Assembly: GCA_035572015.1 (NCBI GenBank)
Contig: DATNBP010000189.1
Span: 12,979-76,978, forward strand
DNA: 64,000 bases
From: Puia sp.
GTDB taxonomy: Bacteria > Bacteroidota > Bacteroidia > Chitinophagales > Chitinophagaceae
Direction of reading: 5' to 3'
Below are positions 57,510 through 64,000 of the stretch, piece after piece. The notes under the pieces are model-generated. The model made no database searches, was not told the origin of the DNA, and was given only the letters and a program-made list of their open reading frames with translations. The position numbers were made by a program, and so were the translations under genes. The number at the start of each line of letters is the position of its first letter. Within the stretch, counting starts at the first letter, position 1.

Positions 57510-59456
57510 ATGATCAGCAAACATTGGGCATTCTTTCTGCTGCCGCTTGCCGGCAGTCTTTCCGCATTCGCGCAGTCGGCCGGGGACAGCACCGGCAAAC
57601 AGCTCGACCAGGTCGTGGTGACGGCCACCAAATACCCTGTCAAACAAAGCCGGACGGGCAAGGTGGTGATCGTCATTGCGCACGGGCAACTGGAAAAGAG
57701 CATCGGCAAATCCCTCGGCGAGCTGCTCGGCGAGCAGGCAGGCATCACCGTTAGCGGTGGGCTGAACGATCCGGGCACTAACCAAAGCATCCGGATGCGC
57801 GGCGCCGGCTCGGGACGTACGCTCATCCTCGTCGACGGCGTCCCGGTCGGCGATCCGTCGGCCAACGACAACAGCTTCGACATCAACCTCATCCCCGTCA
57901 CCATGATCGAGCGGATCGAGATCTCCAAGGGCGCCCAGTCGACCCTGTACGGATCGGACGCCATCGCCGGCGTCATCAACATCATCACCGTGAAGCCGGA
58001 TGTCAAAAAGCCGTTCAACGGAAAAGCCGGCCTTTCCGGCGGGAATTACGGGACTTATAACGGCAACGTACAGCTGTACGGGAAGCTGGCCGACCGGCTG
58101 ACCTACAATGTCCGGTACAACCACGATCATTCCGCCGGTTTCCCTTCGGCGCGCGACACGAGCCACGGTCCGTCTCCGGTCCCCTTCGTGAACGATGGTT
58201 ATCACGGCGACCAGGCAGCGGCCAACCTGGCCTGGAATGCTGCGGGTCCGTTTACCGTCAGGGGTTTCGTGCAGTATAGCAATTATACGTCGGCCATCGA
58301 CGCCGGCGCCTTCGCGCCTGCGGTGGACTATACCAGCGCCAGCAGGAACCTGATGGCCGGCGGCGGTATTGTGCTCCGGCTGCCTTCCACGACGATCACG
58401 GGCAACTATCTTTACAACAGCACCGATCGTCATCTCCTCGAGGACAGCGTCTATGGCCAGTACTACTTTTCCGACCGGTACCGCGGGACCGCGCAATTCG
58501 CGGAGATATTCGCCAGCACCAGCCTTGGCGGCGGTTTCACGCTCCTCAACGGTGCGGATTACCGGTCCTCTTCCATGAACGAGAACGGCAATGCCGGCGG
58601 CTATCCGCTTTCCTTCAAAGACACGTCGATAAGCCAGGGCTCCATGTACGCTTCCCTGTCCTACGCCGGCGCGGACGGCCTGAGCGCGGAGCTCGGCGGG
58701 CGCCTGAACACCGATTCCCGGTATGGCAGCAACTATACCTACACGTTCAACCCCGCCTGGCTGATCGATCGTCACTGGAAGTTGTATGGCAGCATCGCCA
58801 GCGCCTTCAAGGCGCCCACGCTGTACCAGCTCTATTCTCCCTATGGCAACCCGGACCTGCTGCCGGAAAAGTCAACCAGTACGGAGGCAGGTGTGCAATA
58901 CGGGAACAGCGCTTTCGATACCCGCGTCACTTTTTTCCACCGGCGGACGAGAGACGGCATCGATTACAATTACTTCACGAACCGCTATTACAATTTTGAT
59001 GTGGAAGCGGGGAACGGGATCGAATGGGAAGGTTCGCTCAGGTTGCCCGATGGCTGGACCCTGTCCGCCAACTATACCTGGCTGAACATGAAGGAACGCA
59101 CGGAAAGCCATGTCTCCTACAAGGACACGACATACGGCTATGCTTTGCGGGTGCCGGTGCATACGTTCAATCTCACCCTGGGCGTCCGTCCGTTGCCCCG
59201 CCTCGACATCAGCCTGACCGGGCACTATGAAAGCAGGCGGTACGACATCGGCGGGTATGATGCCGGGTTCAATCCGTTGCCCGACGTCGCACTGGACCCT
59301 TTTTTCATACTCAACGCGTATGCCGGCTACCGGCTGTCGCGCCATTTGCGGTTTTTCGCCGAAGGGCGCAACGTGTTGAACAAGAAATTCTTCACCATTT
59401 ACGGCTTCAACTCCATTCCGGCCATGTTCACCGGCGGTGTGACAGTCGATTGGTAA
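57510..59456 (+). CDS. btuB: TonB-dependent cobalamin receptor
   Basis: LDQVVVTATK, LILVDG, IERIEISKGAQSTLYGSDAIAGVINI, LLPEKS, under B12 riboswitch. Confidence 0.9.
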   Translation: MISKHWAFFLLPLAGSLSAFAQSAGDSTGKQLDQVVVTATKYPVKQSRTGKVVIVIAHGQLEKSIGKSLGELLGEQAGITVSGGLNDPGTNQSIRMRGAGSGRTLILVDGVPVGDPSANDNSFDINLIPVTMIERIEISKGAQSTLYGSDAIAGVINIITVKPDVKKPFNGKAGLSGGNYGTYNGNVQLYGKLADRLTYNVRYNHDHSAGFPSARDTSHGPSPVPFVNDGYHGDQAAANLAWNAAGPFTVRGFVQYSNYTSAIDAGAFAPAVDYTSASRNLMAGGGIVLRLPSTTITGNYLYNSTDRHLLEDSVYGQYYFSDRYRGTAQFAEIFASTSLGGGFTLLNGADYRSSSMNENGNAGGYPLSFKDTSISQGSMYASLSYAGADGLSAELGGRLNTDSRYGSNYTYTFNPAWLIDRHWKLYGSIASAFKAPTLYQLYSPYGNPDLLPEKSTSTEAGVQYGNSAFDTRVTFFHRRTRDGIDYNYFTNRYYNFDVEAGNGIEWEGSLRLPDGWTLSANYTWLNMKERTESHVSYKDTTYGYALRVPVHTFNLTLGVRPLPRLDISLTGHYESRRYDIGGYDAGFNPLPDVALDPFFILNAYAGYRLSRHLRFFAEGRNVLNKKFFTIYGFNSIPAMFTGGVTVDW

Positions 59457-59474
59457 ATTTCGGACCTTTGCCGG

Positions 59475-60095
59475 ATGGACACGCTCTACCTGATCCGTCA
59501 CACGACACCGGCCGTCGCCAGAGGCATTTGCTATGGGCAGACAGACCTGGACGTAACGGAAAGTTTCGCAGCCGAGACGGAGCTTATCCGGCCGCATCTT
59601 CCTGCCTCGATCGCGTCGGTGTACAGCAGTCCCCTGAAACGGTGCAGCCTTTTGGCGCGCGAACTTTTCCCGGGACACCCGGTGCGGATGCTGCCCGACC
59701 TGATGGAAATCGACTGCGGCCGGTGGGAAATGCGCGCCTGGGATGAGCTCCCCGCCGAAGAGGTCGATCCCTGGATGGCCGATTTTGTGCAGCTACCCAT
59801 TCCCGGTGGAGAAAGCTACGTGGAGATGTACGGCCGGGTGATCCGCTGCTGGGACCATATCAAATCCGTCAAGGGACCCGGCGATGCCGCGATCGTCGCG
59901 CACGGCGGGGTGATCCGGAGTATCCTGGCCGCGGTTGGCGGGGTGTCGCTGCCCGAAAGTTTCAAAACCTACTCTCTGCCGTATGGTTGCGTCGTGCGCG
60001 TCGAAGGCTCCGAAGAAGGCTGGACATACCGGGTCCTCAGCACCCACGCGCCAGCCGGGCGGGAGCAGCACAAGCCAAAATCATTTTACCGCTAA
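59475..60095 (+). CDS. cobC: Histidine phosphatase, alpha-ribazole phosphatase-like
   Basis: LIRHT, CYGQTD, SSPLKRC, PGGES, VAHGGVIR, B12 context. Confidence 0.82.
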   Translation: MDTLYLIRHTTPAVARGICYGQTDLDVTESFAAETELIRPHLPASIASVYSSPLKRCSLLARELFPGHPVRMLPDLMEIDCGRWEMRAWDELPAEEVDPWMADFVQLPIPGGESYVEMYGRVIRCWDHIKSVKGPGDAAIVAHGGVIRSILAAVGGVSLPESFKTYSLPYGCVVRVEGSEEGWTYRVLSTHAPAGREQHKPKSFYR

Positions 60096-60158
60096 TTCGA
60101 TTTTATTAAGTAGTTTTGCCGTCCCTTTTTCCGGGCGCTTTCGCCGGGTGAAAGCACT

Positions 60159-60230
60159 GGTCCTGTAGTACAACGGATAGTATAAGGGTCTCCGAAGCCC
60201 TGGATTCCAGTTCGATTCTGGACGGGACCA
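60159..60230 (+). tRNA. tRNA-Arg(CCG), CCA not encoded
   Basis: Acceptor GGTCCTG/CGGGACC, anticodon arm AGGGT-CTCCGAA-GCCCT, T-arm TCCAG-TTCGATT-CTGGA, TAGTTTTG promoter at 60111-60118. Confidence 0.95.
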
Positions 60231-60245
60231 CATCGATTTTTCAAT

Positions 60246-60283
60246 GCCCTGCAACTACGTAAGTTGTGGGGTTTGTCGTTTTT
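60246..60283 (+). terminator. Hairpin after tRNA (probable terminator)
   Basis: GCCCTGCAAC-TACGTAA-GTTGTGGGGT with G-U pairs, then TTGTCGTTTTT. Confidence 0.55.
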
Positions 60284-60293
60284 GAGGGGGGTT

Positions 60294-61475
60294 CTATTTC
60301 AGCACCTCCCCCAGCTTCGCTTCCAGTTCCGGGCCATGAAGCGCCGCGGCGATCACCTTTCCTTGCGGATCGATGAGTACATTGTAGGGAATGCCGTCAA
60401 ACTGGAAGGTGGACACCGCCTTGCTGTTCCAGTATTTGAGGTCGCTGACCTGCGTCCAGTCCAGCTTGTCTTGCTGGATCGCCTTTTGCCAGTCGTCCTT
60501 TTTCATATCCAGCGACACGCCGAGGATCGCAAAATTCTTCTTGTTCTTGAATTCCTCATGCGCTTTGACAACATTGGGGTTCTCCGCGCGGCACGGTCCG
60601 CACCAGCTCGCCCAGAAGTCGACCAGCAGGTATTTGCCGCGATATGCCGACAACGACACCGGCTTTCCGTCGGCGTCAGGCAGCGTCAGGTCGGGCGCTT
60701 GTTTCCCCACCCAATCGATTTCTTCGTCGCGTTGCTGGTTCACCTGGCTGCCCTGCTGCTCATAGCCTTTTTTTAGCTGTCTGACGACCTGGTTGTCGGG
60801 ATATTTCTTGACCAGCTCATTCAAGGCAAGATCGAAGTCTCCCTTGGTAAAGCTGTGGGAGCCCAACGAGAGCGCCACCGCGGCAACCGTCGGATTGGGA
60901 CTGCTGTTGACGAACTGCCGGATATAGGTATTCAGATCCTCCGCCGCCAGATTGACCATTTGGGATGCCGACTGCTGTACGCTGTCCGGCGCATTGGCAC
61001 GGTGCAGGCTGTCGGCAACGACCGCCCGCTGTTCGGCCACGAAATTCTTCTGACCGAAGACGGTGATGAAGTCTTTCAGCTGGCTGCTGGCCTCGGAACC
61101 GCTGACGTCATAAAAGTTATCCTTTTTGCCGAGGTCCACATTCACCTTGATTTCCGGTGCGTCGTTGACGACCGGCACGCCAAGCACATTGTCTCCAAAA
61201 GCCAGCTCATAGACTCCCTGCGACCGCGCTTTCGTGGTCAGCGTAAAATGGCCCCTCCCCGCGGGGATCCGCGCCGAGTCGAGCAGGATAGGCTGCGGGC
61301 TGGCGAAGGAGAGCTCCAGCAAAAATACCTTGGTGACCGGACCGGCCACCGCCGTCAATTTATCACCGTTCTGGAACGTTCCCGATATGGTGAAGTTGCC
61401 CTTCTTTCCGTTCTGGCAGGACCCGAGCAGCAGGCAAAGACCGCCGGCAATGGCCCCTACATAAGTTCTTATCAT
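60294..61475 (-). CDS. TlpA-type thiol-disulfide oxidoreductase lipoprotein (DUF4369 + AhpC/TSA)
   Basis: Lipobox LGSC, APDLTL, LVDFWASWCGPCRAENP, GIPYNVLID. Confidence 0.9.
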   Translation of the reverse strand: MIRTYVGAIAGGLCLLLGSCQNGKKGNFTISGTFQNGDKLTAVAGPVTKVFLLELSFASPQPILLDSARIPAGRGHFTLTTKARSQGVYELAFGDNVLGVPVVNDAPEIKVNVDLGKKDNFYDVSGSEASSQLKDFITVFGQKNFVAEQRAVVADSLHRANAPDSVQQSASQMVNLAAEDLNTYIRQFVNSSPNPTVAAVALSLGSHSFTKGDFDLALNELVKKYPDNQVVRQLKKGYEQQGSQVNQQRDEEIDWVGKQAPDLTLPDADGKPVSLSAYRGKYLLVDFWASWCGPCRAENPNVVKAHEEFKNKKNFAILGVSLDMKKDDWQKAIQQDKLDWTQVSDLKYWNSKAVSTFQFDGIPYNVLIDPQGKVIAAALHGPELEAKLGEVLK

Positions 61476-61476
61476 G

Positions 61477-62928
61477 TTAGTTATCCAGTTTTTCCATTAA
61501 TAATCGATTGGTCAGCCGCGGATCCGCCTTACCCTTGGAGATCTTTTTCACTTCGCCGACGAAGAGGCCGATCAGTCCCTTCTTTCCGCGCCGGTATTCC
61601 GACACCTTATCCGGCATTCCGGCAAGCGCCTGGTCGATCCAGGCCTCGATCTCGGCGGTGTCGGAGCTCTGGATGAGGTTCAGCGCGGCGGCGATCTCCA
61701 TCGGATCGCGTTCAGGATGTGCCACCAGGACCGGAAAGATCCTTTCGGCCGCGATTGAAAAGCTAACCTTTTGATCGTCCACCCCTTTCATCAGTTTTGC
61801 CAGCGCGACGGCCGGGACCCGGAATTCGGCCCAGCTCAATCCTCCGTCGTTCAGCGCGGACCTGACCGGTCCGAGCAACCAGTTGGCGGCGCCCTTGTAA
61901 TTGGTCGTACAGGCGGTCAACTGTTGATAATAAGCCGCTGAATCTTTATCGTCGCCGATCAGCCGGGCATCGTATTCGGGGAGCTGAAAGTCCCGCCGCA
62001 ACCGCGCGACGACCGCTTCGGGTAGTTCCGGCAGCGCGCTGCGGACCTGCTCGAGGAAGGCATCGGTGACGATGAACGGCGGAAGGTCCGGATCCGCAAA
62101 ATAGCGGTAATCGTTGGCCTCTTCCTTGGTGCGCAGCGGGAAGGTTGTACCGGCCGCTGCATCGTAACTCCGGGTCTGCTGGATGACCGGTTCGCCCGAG
62201 CCGATCAACCCGATCAGACGTTCGGCTTCGAATTCGATCGCCCGCCTGACGTTGCGGATCGAGTTGAGGTTCTTGACTTCCACTTTGGTCCCGAGCGTGG
62301 TGACACCTCTTTTCCTGACGGAGACATTCGCATCGCAGCGCATCGATCCTTCTTCCATATTCCCGTCGCAGACCCCGAGATAACGCAACAGTTTCCGCAG
62401 CTCGGTCAGATAGACATAAGCTTCTTCGCCGCTGCGGATGTCCGGCTCCGTTACGATCTCGATCAAGGGTACACCCGCGCGGTTGAGGTCGACAAGCGTG
62501 TTGGCAGCGTCAGCGTCATGTATGCTTTTGCCGGCGTCTTCTTCCAGGTGGATGCGGTTCAGCCGGATCTCCCGCTCGCCTTCGGCCGTCCTGACGGTCA
62601 CACGACCACCCTTGCAGATCGGCGTCGTATGCTGGCTGATCTGATATCCTTTCGGCAGGTCGGGATAGAAATAATTTTTTCGGGCAAAATAATTCGTCCG
62701 CTCGATCTCCGACCCGCACGCCAGACCCATACGGATCGCATATTCCACCGCCCTCCGGTTGAGCCGCGGGAGCGAGCCCGGATAGCCGAGGGTCACGGGA
62801 CTGATATTCGTGTTGGGCTCGGCGCCAAAGGCAGCGCTATCCCCGCAAAACAGCTTGGTTCGGGTCAGCAACTGGGCATGCACTTCCAGGCCAACTACTA
62901 TTTCATATGCATCATAAGTTTTTGCCAT
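61477..62928 (-). CDS. gatB: Asp/Glu-tRNA amidotransferase subunit B
   Basis: GLEVHAQL, RKNYFYPDLPKGYQISQ, HLEEDAGK, DLNRAGVPLIEIV, MRCDANVS, KEEANDYRYF. Confidence 0.97.
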   Translation of the reverse strand: MAKTYDAYEIVVGLEVHAQLLTRTKLFCGDSAAFGAEPNTNISPVTLGYPGSLPRLNRRAVEYAIRMGLACGSEIERTNYFARKNYFYPDLPKGYQISQHTTPICKGGRVTVRTAEGEREIRLNRIHLEEDAGKSIHDADAANTLVDLNRAGVPLIEIVTEPDIRSGEEAYVYLTELRKLLRYLGVCDGNMEEGSMRCDANVSVRKRGVTTLGTKVEVKNLNSIRNVRRAIEFEAERLIGLIGSGEPVIQQTRSYDAAAGTTFPLRTKEEANDYRYFADPDLPPFIVTDAFLEQVRSALPELPEAVVARLRRDFQLPEYDARLIGDDKDSAAYYQQLTACTTNYKGAANWLLGPVRSALNDGGLSWAEFRVPAVALAKLMKGVDDQKVSFSIAAERIFPVLVAHPERDPMEIAAALNLIQSSDTAEIEAWIDQALAGMPDKVSEYRRGKKGLIGLFVGEVKKISKGKADPRLTNRLLMEKLDN

Positions 62929-63073
62929 ATCATCTAAGCTTCCCGGGCGTTTGCATCCCGCAAATTTATTGATTTATGGGCCAACCGGGGATTATTTGTC
63001 GGCGGACGCGCCGCTGGCCCGGCCGCATGCGGATTGCTCCTGGCCGCGCTGGACACACTGCCGCACATGACGA

Positions 63074-63095
63074 AGGCAGGCCCGAAGGCCTGCCT
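63074..63095 (-). terminator. Stable cUUCGg hairpin downstream of PDZ gene (weak U tail)
   Basis: Minus strand AGGCAGGCC-TTCG-GGCCTGCCT. Confidence 0.5.
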
Positions 63096-63145
63096 GTTGG
63101 AAATAGCTGAATAAGGCAATATCATGCCGGAAACATCGACACGGT

Positions 63146-64000
63146 CTAAAGGTCGGCGGTCCGAAGTCTCTTAGGCACCTTCACATCCAGTTCCTGCGAC
63201 TTGCCGTCGCGGAGGATGCTCACTTTTACACTCGTCTTTTCCCTTGCCGCCCGGGCCGCTTCTGTCAGATCGGTCACCGATTTGATCTCCTTCCCGTCGA
63301 ACCGGGTGATCACATCACCTTCCTTGAGGCCCGCCTTGGCCGCCGCGGATTCGTCGTCGACATCGAGTATCTTGGCGCCCTTGCCGTCTTCGTCGTCCTG
63401 GGCCCTGATCCCGAATTTCACGGAATTCCCGTAGGTGCCGAGGAACTCTTTCGGCCAATTGCCCGGAACGGGGGCCTTCATGTCCGGCATTTCAAACTTG
63501 TACATATTGAAAGGTTCGACCGTGAAAGCCTTCGCCTTTCCGAGGATAACCGGAATTTTTTGCTCTTTACCGTCGCGGGTGACCGTCACGGTGATCTTGT
63601 CACCCGGCTTGTGATGGCCGATCGTCTCGGATAGCGAACCCGGATCCTCGATCTCCGTGCCGTCCACTTTCGTGATCACATCCCCGACCTTCAATCCTGT
63701 CTTTTCGGCGGCGCTGCCCTTGGTGATCTGGATGACCTTTGCGCCTTTGTCGTCCCCGTTCTTTTCCATCCCAACACCTAGCTGCGCCCGGTCTTCCCGC
63801 AACAGATCGCTGTTGCCATAGCTCCAGGTCCGGTTCTCGCCGTTGCCGGGCCAGACCCGGATCGTACCGGGAAAGTCGGGCGCCTCGAATTCGGAGCCGT
63901 TATAGCTGAAGCGGTTCCGGTCCCGGATGATCCGCCGCTTGCTCACGGTGACGCTGCTGTCATCGAATTCATCCAGCGGCTTCCCGTTGACCAGGATGTC
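63146..64000 (-). CDS. Tandem PDZ-domain protein, 5'-truncated by window edge
   Basis: Two PDZ domains (LGVGM...SAAEKTGLKVGDVITKVDG and FGIRA...SAAAKAGLKEGDVITRFDG). Frame open to 64000. Confidence 0.85.
   Translation of the reverse strand, partial: DILVNGKPLDEFDDSSVTVSKRRIIRDRNRFSYNGSEFEAPDFPGTIRVWPGNGENRTWSYGNSDLLREDRAQLGVGMEKNGDDKGAKVIQITKGSAAEKTGLKVGDVITKVDGTEIEDPGSLSETIGHHKPGDKITVTVTRDGKEQKIPVILGKAKAFTVEPFNMYKFEMPDMKAPVPGNWPKEFLGTYGNSVKFGIRAQDDEDGKGAKILDVDDESAAAKAGLKEGDVITRFDGKEIKSVTDLTEAARAAREKTSVKVSILRDGKSQELDVKVPKRLRTADL

Noticed and set aside
60159-60294. Integrative element at tRNA-Arg
   Set aside because: No integrase and no duplicated tRNA 3' end noticed. Flanks are housekeeping genes. 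The downstream hairpin is adequately explained as a terminator.
62934-63125. 63-aa ORF between the PDZ gene and gatB
   Set aside because: Runs through a hairpin and the gatB promoter. Low-complexity with no family features.

Overview
Core-genome window of a high-GC Bacteroidota, most likely Chitinophagaceae. This is inferred from the gldKLMN genes, a T9SS cargo protein, TAnnTTTG-type -7 promoters and the absence of Shine-Dalgarno sites. Gene content in order: DUF47/PiT phosphate uptake, rfbA-galE-transketolase, an ECF sigma/anti-sigma module, the mreBCD-mrdA-rodA elongasome, purD, POT and OPT peptide transporters, apaG, icd, a T9SS-secreted alpha/beta hydrolase, yciH/nadC, gpmI, a second ECF module, uvrC, gldKLMN, YyaL/hemD/DUF4271/Omp85/hemW, TolC-MFP-gpsA, an APC permease with a Cys/Met PLP enzyme, a TonB receptor, a TylF methyltransferase, a B12 cluster (btuFCD, cobalamin riboswitch, btuB, cobC), tRNA-Arg(CCG), TlpA, gatB and a partial PDZ gene. 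No mobile element, CRISPR array or defence system is visible. The most interesting signals are non-coding. (1) Two apparently homologous ~55-60 nt sRNA-like units (6604-6657 on +, 31000-30941 on -) each have a promoter-like motif, a 5' GUUUUUCAUAGG seed antisense to AUG-AAA-AA start codons, and a terminator with a similar loop. The copy downstream of gldN is perfectly complementary over 10 nt to the gldK start. (2) An unannotated 36-aa membrane microprotein follows gpsA. (3) A recurring leaderless architecture (-7 box, 4 nt, ATG) occurs six times, once in front of a uORF leading into gatB. All functional claims are pattern recognition from the sequence; no database search was run.
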